Shown: piece after piece, positions 18,422-27,376 of the stretch
Layout of the letters: each line of letters begins with the position of its first letter
Numbering within the stretch: the stretch's first letter is position 1
Assembly (NCBI GenBank): GCA_021777565.1
Contig: JAJYDJ010000002.1
Coordinates: forward strand, 69,082-133,081
Reading direction: 5' to 3'
Source of the DNA: a bacterium
Lineage (GTDB): Bacteria > Patescibacteriota > Microgenomatia > Levybacterales > UBA12049
Length of the DNA stretch: 64,000 nt
Notes under the pieces: model-generated
The model's database searches: none
Seen by the model: the letters and a program-made list of their open reading frames with translations, nothing else
Told to the model about the DNA's origin: nothing
Position numbers and translations under genes: made by a program

Positions 18422-19135
18422 TCATGAATGCTCTGTAAACGTGGCGTATAGTCCAATTCCAACGGCGATAGAAAGATTGAGACTATCGATCACGTCTGTC
18501 TGTTCAATTCTGACTGGTATGCACGACTTGGCAAAGGATTCATCAAGTCCAGCTCCTTCAGGACCAAATACAAGAGTGTAGGGGGGAGTAAAAGTGATAG
18601 ATTGTAACAGCTTTGATCCCGTGAGCATAAACGCATAGCAGGTTCGAGAAAATACTTTTTGGTAATTTTCAAATGTTTGGAAATACATAACGTTTGTGTG
18701 AAAGACCTCGCCCATAGATGCGCGAATAACCCGAGGATCATAGATATCTACTGCAGGAGTGACAATTGCAAGATTATTTGTCGCAAATCCAGACATCGTG
18801 CGGATGATGGTCCCAAGATTGCCGGTATCGCTTGGATTGACAAGAATCACATGATTTTCTTCAGGAATAAGTTGAGTTTGGTATTTTTCAAAAATACCTA
18901 TGACATACGTATTCTCACTTTTACTTAATACTTCGATTTGTTTGTCGTCAATGCGTGAGGGGATATTATGCTTTTTGAGTAGCGCTCTTACTTTTTCTAT
19001 TCCTTCTCCTTGCGCTTTTGATGAGAAGAGAACTTCTTGTACATGTTGGGGTTGGTACGCTAAAAGTCCAATAGTTGGGGATGTCCCAAGCGTATAGGAA
19101 TATGAAAAATCTTTTTTGTATGGTTTATATTTCAT
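18422..19135 (-). CDS. SpoU/TrmH-family RNA 2'-O-methyltransferase
   Basis: LVNPSDTGNLGTIIRTMSGF, ...LVFGPEGAGL and ...IPV are SPOUT motifs. Confidence 0.8.
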   Translation of the reverse strand: MKYKPYKKDFSYSYTLGTSPTIGLLAYQPQHVQEVLFSSKAQGEGIEKVRALLKKHNIPSRIDDKQIEVLSKSENTYVIGIFEKYQTQLIPEENHVILVNPSDTGNLGTIIRTMSGFATNNLAIVTPAVDIYDPRVIRASMGEVFHTNVMYFQTFENYQKVFSRTCYAFMLTGSKLLQSITFTPPYTLVFGPEGAGLDESFAKSCIPVRIEQTDVIDSLNLSIAVGIGLYATFTEHS

Positions 19136-19153
19136 GTGGCAAGTATAGCAAAC

Positions 19154-20326
19154 TTAACGCTTTAGTACTTCAAGACCGGGGAGTGTGCCTTTCTCAATAT
19201 ATTCAAGCATCGCACCTCCACCAGTTGAAATATGAGAGATCTTTTCAAGATATTCTTCTTTTTCGATCGCCGTAATGGTGTCTCCACCGCCGATGAGTGA
19301 ATATACGTGAGGGTTTTGTGTGATGGCATAGTAGAGAAAATCTGTTCCACGTGAAAACTCTGGTTTTGTTGTATCTCCGACAGGTCCATTCCACACGATC
19401 GTATGTCCCATTGCAATGGTCTCTCCCCATATCGCCTGTGTCTCAGGGCCTATATCAAAGATTGAAGCGTTCTGGGGCACTCTAGAGGCCTTACAGACTA
19501 TAGTATTTGTTTCTTGTTGAATAACCACATCAATCGGGAAAAGAATTGTTTTATTTTTTTCTGCTGCTAACTGGAGTAACTGTTTTGCTTCATCAATATA
19601 CTGACTATCAAAAAGACTTGTGCCGATTTCTTTTCCTTGGGCTGCAAAGAATGTGTTTGCAAGCGCGCCACCAATGAGAAGTGTGTCGGCAATATCTAGA
19701 AACTTTTTAATGACTCCAATTTTTGTTTCTACTTTGGCACCACCAATGATTGCAATAAAAGGTTTTTCTGTTTCTTGTAATACTTTATCAATCGCAACAA
19801 CTTCTTCTTTGAGGGCGAGACCGCCGTAAGAGGGAATGAGTTTTGCTACTTCAGTCACAGAAGTTTGTTCCCGGTGGCAGACATCAAAGGCATCTTCTAC
19901 GAAAACATCTGCCAAGGATGCAAGTTTTTTTGCAAACTCAGGATCTTTGTCCAACTCCTGGGGATAAAAACGAATATTTTCAAGAACGAGAATCTGGTTT
20001 GTCTGTTGATTGGCAAATGTCTCTTGGGGTTCTGTTAAGAAGTCATGGATAAGGGTGACGGTAACTTCAGGCAACAGGTGTTGGAGTCTATCGGCAACAA
20101 TTTGCAGAGAATATGTTTCATCCCTTCCCTCAGGTCTACCCAAATGCCCAACACAAATAACCTTATTCTTATCTGCGAGCAATTTTTTTATGGTAGGGAT
20201 ATTTTTTTGGATACGAAGATCATTGGCAATGGTATGGTTTTGATTTAATGAAACATCAAAGTCTGCACGAAGTAGGACTTTCTTTTCGCTGATGCCAGCG
20301 GTGTCAATATAAGTTATCTGCCCCAT
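19154..20326 (-). CDS. pgk: Phosphoglycerate kinase
   Basis: The N-terminus KKVLLRADFDVSL...VICVGHLGRPEG and the C-terminal GGGD/GGGA motifs fit PGK. Confidence 0.95.
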   Translation of the reverse strand: MGQITYIDTAGISEKKVLLRADFDVSLNQNHTIANDLRIQKNIPTIKKLLADKNKVICVGHLGRPEGRDETYSLQIVADRLQHLLPEVTVTLIHDFLTEPQETFANQQTNQILVLENIRFYPQELDKDPEFAKKLASLADVFVEDAFDVCHREQTSVTEVAKLIPSYGGLALKEEVVAIDKVLQETEKPFIAIIGGAKVETKIGVIKKFLDIADTLLIGGALANTFFAAQGKEIGTSLFDSQYIDEAKQLLQLAAEKNKTILFPIDVVIQQETNTIVCKASRVPQNASIFDIGPETQAIWGETIAMGHTIVWNGPVGDTTKPEFSRGTDFLYYAITQNPHVYSLIGGGDTITAIEKEEYLEKISHISTGGGAMLEYIEKGTLPGLEVLKR

Positions 20327-20490
20327 AGTATTATTTGTGAGAAGTTATCCACTTTTCCACATTTTGGTGTGTTTGTGGATAAAGTGAACTGACTCTTGGG
20401 CATACAACATAGGTTTTCCCCATGATTTTCAACAAGTTTTCCACATCTTTGACTGGTGGGTGTAAAACATGTTTTTGTGTATACGACATA
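20327..20490. promoter_or_regulatory. Intergenic region carrying five DnaA-box-like 9-mers
   Basis: The motifs are TTATCCAC (20346-20353), TTTTCCACA (20353-20361), TGTGGATAA (20374-20382), TTTTCCCCA (20414-20422) and TTTTCCACA (20437-20445). Confidence 0.4.
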
Positions 20491-21444
20491 TTATTGATAG
20501 ATTTTTACGACTTCCTCAATTGGTTTACCTTCGCATACCAAAGCGGAAATTGCGTCACAAAGCATAATGCCATCCTGTAATGATTTTTCATGAATATTAC
20601 GTCCCGTTGCGCTCCCACCAGTGCCACCAACAGCAAGCTGTTCAGCGAGGTTTTGAAGGAATACCAGGGGGATGGTCTGCTCACCACCAATACAAACAAC
20701 TCTAGTCCTTCCTGCTGCTTTTACTGCTTGCTGGACAAGCTGCGCACTTGTCTGCGTTTTGGTAGCTGTCGGAGGATATACCTTCACAAAATCAGCACCA
20801 AGACAGGCGCCAACCCCAGCAGCGCCAGCAATCGCCGCTGCGTCTTGCTCATCGCTCTTTTTTAATTCTTTCCCGCGAACATACATCCAAATGATTGCAA
20901 GCATCCCCTGTTCATGTGCTTGTTTTACAACTTGTGCTGCTTCACGAAGATGATACGTTTCATATTCTCCACCAAGATAGACGGTGTATCCAACTCCCAG
21001 GATATTTAGCTTGGATTGTTTTTGAAAATCAACAACATCCTGCACGCTGTACCAAGCAGGACTATAAGGATCAAATTTGTCTTTTGGCAGCAAGTTAGTT
21101 TTAGAGTTTATCTTTACAAGATAGGGGACGTGTGCATAATCGCTTCCATAGCGTGCAATGAGACCAAGTTGAGAAGCAAATACGCCAATCTTTGCTTTGG
21201 ATGCGATCTGAAAAAGATGTTCAGGATTTGCATCCTCAGGAGAGATATTCTCCCCAAAGAAATCTTTGTTTAGATGCTCAACTTTTTGATCACCCGCAAA
21301 AAGCATAAGTCTGCCACTCCCACGAGTCGCGATATCAAAATTGTGATGATACTGTTTCTCTTTGTCACGTGCTACATCAAGTGGAATATGCAGTGTATAA
21401 CTTCCCATACCCTTAGTATGTACAAAAATCATATAAAAAGACAA
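20491..21444 (-). CDS. Class I fructose-bisphosphate aldolase (DhnA/FbaB archaeal type)
   Basis: The DeoC/LacD-like TIM barrel has a Schiff-base Lys region (FVKVYPP). It lies in a glycolytic neighbourhood with pgk. Confidence 0.65.
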   Translation of the reverse strand: MSFYMIFVHTKGMGSYTLHIPLDVARDKEKQYHHNFDIATRGSGRLMLFAGDQKVEHLNKDFFGENISPEDANPEHLFQIASKAKIGVFASQLGLIARYGSDYAHVPYLVKINSKTNLLPKDKFDPYSPAWYSVQDVVDFQKQSKLNILGVGYTVYLGGEYETYHLREAAQVVKQAHEQGMLAIIWMYVRGKELKKSDEQDAAAIAGAAGVGACLGADFVKVYPPTATKTQTSAQLVQQAVKAAGRTRVVCIGGEQTIPLVFLQNLAEQLAVGGTGGSATGRNIHEKSLQDGIMLCDAISALVCEGKPIEEVVKIYQ

Positions 21445-21486
21445 GTCTTACTGTCGTTTCGAGCCTGAACGTGTTACAATTGCACC

Positions 21487-23649
21487 ATGGCACAAACAAC
21501 ATTACCAAAAGAAACAGAACAAAAAATCTATCAAATGTGGGAGGAGGGTGGCTATTTCAAGGCAGATCCTGACAGTGAAAAGAAACCATACTCTCTTCTT
21601 ATGCCCCCACCAAATTTAACTGGAAAACTGCACATGGGTCATGCCATGCAACATTCCATCCTTGATGCGCTGGCCCGATTCAAGCGTATGCAAGGCTATG
21701 ATGTATTGCTCCTTCCTGGGGTGGATCATGCTGGAATTTTGTTTGAAGGGACACTAAACAAACAGCTTGCAAAAGAGAACCTTTCAAAACAGAAATTAGG
21801 CAGAGATGCCTGGATGGAGAAGGCATGGGCATTTAAAGAAGAAAACTACAATGCATTTCATAACACCTGGAAAGTTATTGGCGTGTCTGCTGATTGGTCA
21901 CGAGAAGTATTTACGTTTCAAGAGAGTGTGCAACAGTCAGTGGTGGAAGAGTTTAGAAAGTTCTGGGATCAGGGCTTGTTATATAAAGGTGCTTACATTG
22001 TGCAGTGGTGTCCTAAATGTGGTACAGCAATTGAAGATCTAGAAATGGAATATGAAGAGCGAAAAGAGAAGCTTTACTACGTAAAGTATGCTGTCGAAGG
22101 GAAGAGTGAAGAATTTGTAACAATTGCAACAGCCAGACCGGAAACTATTTTTGCAGATAGTGCTATCGCGGTCTATCCTGGTCACCCAGAGTTTCAACAA
22201 TATGTTGGATCGCTGGTCATAAATCCGCTCACTGGCGCTCAGATTCCAGTGATTGAAGACAAGCGAGTAGATAAAGATTTTGGTACTGGTGCCCTTAAAA
22301 TTACGCCAGGGCATGACCCATTGGATTATGAAGTTGGCAGGGACCATGACCTCCCAATGTTTCATGCGATTGATAAGACAGGGCACATGACGCACCTGGC
22401 TATGTATGGAGATGGGAAAGATGACACCATGGAAGGCTTTACGATTACTGAAGCACGATCCCGAAGTGAGGCTATTCTGCAAGAGCGGGGAGCGATTGAG
22501 AAAATTGAAGAATATACACACTCCGTACCGGTGTGTGAGAGATGCAAGACAACAGTAGAGCCATTGGTTTCTGAGGAATGGTTTGTGAAGATGAAAGATA
22601 TTGCTGCCAAAGCGATAGAACATATTGGCGAAATTAACTTTGCACCAAAACATTACGAAGAGATGCTATCTGATTGGCTCTCAAAGATTCATGATTGGTC
22701 CATCTCTCGTTCTCTCTGGTGGGGACACCGTATCCCTGTCTGGTATTGTGAAAATTCTAACCCAGGACACAAGGTAGGGAAGGATCAAGATTTGGTGATA
22801 TCATTTGCCAAACCTGAAGTGGCCTGTTCGTGTGGTGCACAGAATTGGGTTCAAGATGAACAAGTGCTAGACACGTGGTTCTCAAGTGGCATGTGGCCAC
22901 TCGTTACTCTTGGGTGGCCTGAGAAAACAAAAGAATTTACTAAATATTTCCCATTTGATTTTGAACTGACATCACCTGATATTCGCTATTTATGGATTGC
23001 ACGCATGATTATGCTCGCACTTCATTTCGAGGATAGCATCCCGTTTAAAAACATGTTCTTTCATGGAAGACTTCTTGATTTACAAGGTAGGAAGTTCTCA
23101 AAGTCACTCGGAAATGGTATTGATCCGGATGAACTGCGTGAAGCATGGGGAACAGATGCAATGCGTATGACGCTTTACAGCTATAGTGCACCAGGACGAG
23201 ATGCGAAGGTTAATCGTCAGATTATGGATGAAAGGTGTAAGAGTTATCGAAACTTTGCAACAAAGCTGCAAAACCTGGCAAGATTTATTTATGAATTGAA
23301 ACCAGAGGAGACAGATGGGGAATCGAGTGGACAACACGAAGACGATACAAAAATGAGAGAGAGAATGCAGGGGGTCATTAAGGAAGTGACAGGTTATATT
23401 GATGGATTTCAGCTCCATTTGGCAGTTGACACGCTCTATTCATTTGTGTGGCATGAATTTGCTGATATCTATGTGGAAAGCACCAAATCACGTCGAGCAC
23501 AAGCTCAAGAGACACTGGAATACATTTTCTCAACAAGTTTGACACTCCTGCATCCATTCATGCCGTTTGTGACTGAGGATATTTATCAGAGACTGTATCC
23601 TGAAGAGGCGAGAAAAGCCCCCCTCATGATCAAAACCTGGCCAAAATAG
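21487..23649 (+). CDS. valS: Valyl-tRNA synthetase (short form lacking a C-terminal extension)
   Basis: PPPNLTGKLHMGHAMQHSILDALARFKRMQGYDVLLLPGVDHAGI and KFSKSLGN (the KMSKS motif) are present. Confidence 0.85.
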   Translation: MAQTTLPKETEQKIYQMWEEGGYFKADPDSEKKPYSLLMPPPNLTGKLHMGHAMQHSILDALARFKRMQGYDVLLLPGVDHAGILFEGTLNKQLAKENLSKQKLGRDAWMEKAWAFKEENYNAFHNTWKVIGVSADWSREVFTFQESVQQSVVEEFRKFWDQGLLYKGAYIVQWCPKCGTAIEDLEMEYEERKEKLYYVKYAVEGKSEEFVTIATARPETIFADSAIAVYPGHPEFQQYVGSLVINPLTGAQIPVIEDKRVDKDFGTGALKITPGHDPLDYEVGRDHDLPMFHAIDKTGHMTHLAMYGDGKDDTMEGFTITEARSRSEAILQERGAIEKIEEYTHSVPVCERCKTTVEPLVSEEWFVKMKDIAAKAIEHIGEINFAPKHYEEMLSDWLSKIHDWSISRSLWWGHRIPVWYCENSNPGHKVGKDQDLVISFAKPEVACSCGAQNWVQDEQVLDTWFSSGMWPLVTLGWPEKTKEFTKYFPFDFELTSPDIRYLWIARMIMLALHFEDSIPFKNMFFHGRLLDLQGRKFSKSLGNGIDPDELREAWGTDAMRMTLYSYSAPGRDAKVNRQIMDERCKSYRNFATKLQNLARFIYELKPEETDGESSGQHEDDTKMRERMQGVIKEVTGYIDGFQLHLAVDTLYSFVWHEFADIYVESTKSRRAQAQETLEYIFSTSLTLLHPFMPFVTEDIYQRLYPEEARKAPLMIKTWPK

Positions 23650-23677
23650 GGAAACACAAAAATGTGAGGAATGGGGA

Positions 23678-24361
23678 TTATCCTTCTGATTCTTCAGCTG
23701 CAGCTTCTTCAGTCTTTTCTTCTTCGCCCTCAGTTCCTTCTTCACCTTCTGGAGTCTCCGCACCTTCTTCGCCTTCAGTGACAACTGGTTCTTCTTCAAC
23801 CTCTTCTGGAACGCCGGCTATCTTTACAATGGTCTCCTCGGCACCGGTCAGAATCTCAACGCCTTCTGGGGCTTTCAAATCACCAACAGTGATTCCTTCA
23901 TCAACGGCGGTTAATTTTTCAACGTTGACCACAAAACTTTCTGGAAGATTGGTTGGGAGCGCTTCAACTTCAACCTCGCTGAGAACCTGCATAAGCATGC
24001 CAAGCCCTTCTGTGACTGCTGGGGATTCTCCTTCGAGAACAACGGGGACCATTGAAGTAAGTTTTTCTTTCAAGTTTACTTGCAGAAGGTCTGCGTGGAT
24101 CGGGACTCTTTTGACATAATCATATTGCACATCCTGGATAAGGATTGGGTGCACCTCTCCTGCGATAGTAAGGTCGGTCAAACCGTTGGCGCCTGCTTCT
24201 TTATACAGTGCCATAAAAGTTTTAGTGTCTGCTTGAAGCGCCATGGGTTCAGTCCCAGCGCCATATAAATGAAGTGGGAGAATGCCTTTCGCACGAAGCT
24301 GTTTCACTTTTTTGCCCGTGACACTTCGTACATCTGCGGAAAGCTGATATCTTTTTTGCAT
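23678..24361 (-). CDS. rplY: 50S ribosomal protein L25 / general stress protein Ctc, with an acidic C-terminal tail
   Basis: MQKRYQLSADVRSVTGKKVKQLRAKGILPLHLYGAG is the L25 N-terminus. Confidence 0.85.
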   Translation of the reverse strand: MQKRYQLSADVRSVTGKKVKQLRAKGILPLHLYGAGTEPMALQADTKTFMALYKEAGANGLTDLTIAGEVHPILIQDVQYDYVKRVPIHADLLQVNLKEKLTSMVPVVLEGESPAVTEGLGMLMQVLSEVEVEALPTNLPESFVVNVEKLTAVDEGITVGDLKAPEGVEILTGAEETIVKIAGVPEEVEEEPVVTEGEEGAETPEGEEGTEGEEEKTEEAAAEESEG

Positions 24362-24416
24362 GCTGATATTATACCGGATGGATGACTTTTCTGCAAACGT
24401 AAGCTACGATAGGGGC

Positions 24417-24899
24417 ATGCGTATCTTAGGAATCGATCCCGGAATTGGAAGAACCGGTTGGGGAATCATTGATACAGACGGCCAAAAATCAACAGTTGTT
24501 GCGTATGGGTGTATAGAAACTGAACCAAAATCAGAAACTCCAGGGAGGCTTTTTGCACTCTACGATGAAGTGACAAACATAATGAAAGAATACTCGCCTG
24601 AAGCATTCTCTATTGAAGATCTTTTCTTCAACAAAAATGTTACGACAGCGCTGACGGTGGGGCAGGCTCGAGGAGTAATTATTCTGGCCGCGGTACAGCA
24701 CAATCTTCCTGTTGCGGTATATACACCCCTACAAGTAAAAATGGCACTCACAGGCTATGGTAGGGCAGAAAAATCACAAGTAGGGAAAATGGTACAGCTA
24801 ATACTTAAACTGCCCAAAATTCCAACACCCGATGATACCGCTGATGCCCTGGCTATAGCACTTACTCATGGGATGAGCTATAAGATGAAGCGAAAGTGA
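24417..24899 (+). CDS. ruvC: Holliday junction resolvase RuvC
   Basis: MRILGIDPGIGRTGWGII is the RuvC start. The ORF-track start at 24360 looks over-extended. Confidence 0.85.
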   Translation: MRILGIDPGIGRTGWGIIDTDGQKSTVVAYGCIETEPKSETPGRLFALYDEVTNIMKEYSPEAFSIEDLFFNKNVTTALTVGQARGVIILAAVQHNLPVAVYTPLQVKMALTGYGRAEKSQVGKMVQLILKLPKIPTPDDTADALAIALTHGMSYKMKRK

Positions 24900-24944
24900 C
24901 CTTTCCTATTTGTATTTTTTTCTGCTATTCTTGAGAAGTAAATT

Positions 24945-25499
24945 ATGATTGGAAGTCTTCGTGGTACAGTACTATCTCTGAGCGGTGGCATATTACTTCT
25001 GGATGTTCATGGGGTTGGGTATCGTGTCTTTGTCCCAGTTTCACTTTTAAGTAAGAAGGTGGGAGATGAAGTCATTATCTATACGCATTTACATGTAAAG
25101 GAAGATGCGCTTGATCTTTTTGGATTTGAAAATCCAGATGAGCTTTCCCTTTTTGAGAAACTCATTACAGTTTCGGGCGTTGGTCCCAAAACAGCACTTG
25201 GTGTATTTACCCTTGGCACTGGACAAGAGATTGTTACGGCACTGGAAAAAGGGGATGTCGCATTTTTTACTCGAGTCCCTCGTCTGGGAACAAAGAATGC
25301 GCAGAAGATTATTGTAGAACTCAAGGGAAAGATCGATCTGTCTGATATGAATGTCGGCGCAGGAGACAGAGACGTGGTTGATGCCCTGATTGGCTTTGGA
25401 TTTAGCGAAAAGGAAGCTCGAGATGCTCTCAAACTGGGTGATGCCAATGCCGAAACCTCAACTCGTATAAAAATGGCATTAAAAAATTTGGGGAGATAA
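24945..25499 (+). CDS. ruvA: Holliday junction branch-migration protein RuvA
   Basis: MIGSLRGTV...GVGYRV and the HhH pair are present. Confidence 0.9.
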   Translation: MIGSLRGTVLSLSGGILLLDVHGVGYRVFVPVSLLSKKVGDEVIIYTHLHVKEDALDLFGFENPDELSLFEKLITVSGVGPKTALGVFTLGTGQEIVTALEKGDVAFFTRVPRLGTKNAQKIIVELKGKIDLSDMNVGAGDRDVVDALIGFGFSEKEARDALKLGDANAETSTRIKMALKNLGR

Positions 25500-25502
25500 T
25501 CT

Positions 25503-26501
25503 ATGGAAGAAAATATATTTGATCCAGTGATTGTGCAAGAAGAAGAAAAACTGTTTGCATCTTTACGGGCAGACAATTGGGATAGCTTCTTAGGACAAGA
25601 AGGAATAAAAGAATCATTACATGTTGCCATCACTGCTGCAAAGAAGCGCAATGAGGCTATGGAGCATGTTCTTTTTTATGGGCCCCCGGGTTTGGGCAAA
25701 ACCACACTTTCTCATTTGATTGCGAAAGAAATGGGTACGAATATCCGCGTGACGAGTGGCCCCGCCATTGAAAGAGCGGGAGATCTGGCAGCCATTCTAA
25801 CTAATCTTGAGAAAGGGGATATTTTGTTTATTGATGAGATTCACAGACTGCGCACTCAAATTGAAGAAACGTTATATTCTGCCATGGAAGACTATGCACT
25901 AGATATCGTGGTTGGCAAAGGGCCGTCTGCACGAACACTTCGTATTGATTTACCCCAATTCACACTCGTTGGTGCGACGACAAAAGCAGGAAGCCTTTCA
26001 GGGCCTTTGAGAGATCGTTTCGGTGTGGTGCATCGACTTAATTTTTATAGCCCTGAGGAAATCATGAAAATTCTTGAGTCAGCTGCAGAGAAATTGCACA
26101 TTACTATAGATAAACCAAGTCTTCGTGCCCTGGCTGATAGGTCACGTGGGACGCCTCGTATTGCCTTGAGACTCTTGAAGAGAGTGCGAGATATGGCACA
26201 GATTCAAGATATTTCCCATGTTAACGAACATATTACTGCGCAAGCACTTTCACTGTTATCTATTGACGAAAAAGGCTTGGATGACTTGGACAGACGGTAT
26301 CTGTCCTCTATAATACATATGCACCGAGGTGGGCCAGTTGGTGTTGAAACATTGGCCGCGAGCCTGTCAGAAGATATAGGGACACTTGAGGAAGTAGTTG
26401 AGCCATATTTGTTGCAAATTGGATTCTTACAGAAAACCCCACGTGGGAGAGTGGCTAATGACAGCGCGTACTCGCACCTTCATGTTGAAAAAAAAGTATG
26501 A
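25503..26501 (+). CDS. ruvB: Holliday junction helicase RuvB
   Basis: GPPGLGKTTLSHLIAKEMG and DEIHRL are the RuvB motifs. Confidence 0.95.
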   Translation: MEENIFDPVIVQEEEKLFASLRADNWDSFLGQEGIKESLHVAITAAKKRNEAMEHVLFYGPPGLGKTTLSHLIAKEMGTNIRVTSGPAIERAGDLAAILTNLEKGDILFIDEIHRLRTQIEETLYSAMEDYALDIVVGKGPSARTLRIDLPQFTLVGATTKAGSLSGPLRDRFGVVHRLNFYSPEEIMKILESAAEKLHITIDKPSLRALADRSRGTPRIALRLLKRVRDMAQIQDISHVNEHITAQALSLLSIDEKGLDDLDRRYLSSIIHMHRGGPVGVETLAASLSEDIGTLEEVVEPYLLQIGFLQKTPRGRVANDSAYSHLHVEKKV

Positions 26502-27376
26502 TACTTCTCAAAAGCAAACATCATCAACTCAAACCTCACGAACACCAAACTATCACACTTACTGATGGGAGACTTTTGGGATTTGCAGAATATGGTGATC
26601 CAAAAGGGAGCCCATTATTTTATTTCCATGGGTGGCCAGGCTCACGACTTCGTATATCATCCCTTGATGAGGATGCAAAAGCAGCCGGGATTCGCATGAT
26701 TAGTCTTGATAGACCCGGGTATGGCCTCTCTACGTATAAAAAGGAGAGACAACTGCTTGATTGGCCAGATGATGTTACTGCCCTCGCCGATCATCTCAAG
26801 ATAAAAAAATTTGCTATTGCTGGAATATCGGGAGGAGGGCCATATGCGGCCGTGTGCGCATACAAGATCCCAGAAAGGCTCACGAAAGTAGGTATCGTAG
26901 TAGGACTTGCTCCAACATATGTGCCAGGTGTTTTGAGTGACATGCCACTTGCTTATAAGGCAGGGTGGGCAAATTACGCAAAGTCACCAGTAATCGCCCA
27001 TATTGGTTCATCATTTCATCATTTAGCTGTCAAATTCCCTTTGGGATTATCTGATCCATTCTCTCCAAAAGTAGATAGAAATGTTATTGGTCCACAGCGC
27101 AAAGAGTCTTTAGTCAGTCTTCGCGAGGCATTCCGACAAGGGAGAAAAGGTCCGGCGCGGGATCTTATGATTTATAGCAAAGACTGGGGATTTGATTTGA
27201 GGGATATTCATGTACCAGTGCATCTTTGGTATGCACAAAAAGACAAAAATGTTCCTGTGACGATGGGTGAATATTACCACAAACAAATTAAGGGAAGTAC
27301 GCTTGTGATATACCCACAAGAAGGTCACATGGTATCCATAACGCACGCAAAAGAAATATTTGAAGTACTCTCTTAA
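26498..27376 (+). CDS. Alpha/beta-fold hydrolase (proline-iminopeptidase-like)
   Basis: HGWPGS and the nucleophile elbow GISGGG are present. Confidence 0.6.
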   Translation: MILLKSKHHQLKPHEHQTITLTDGRLLGFAEYGDPKGSPLFYFHGWPGSRLRISSLDEDAKAAGIRMISLDRPGYGLSTYKKERQLLDWPDDVTALADHLKIKKFAIAGISGGGPYAAVCAYKIPERLTKVGIVVGLAPTYVPGVLSDMPLAYKAGWANYAKSPVIAHIGSSFHHLAVKFPLGLSDPFSPKVDRNVIGPQRKESLVSLREAFRQGRKGPARDLMIYSKDWGFDLRDIHVPVHLWYAQKDKNVPVTMGEYYHKQIKGSTLVIYPQEGHMVSITHAKEIFEVLS

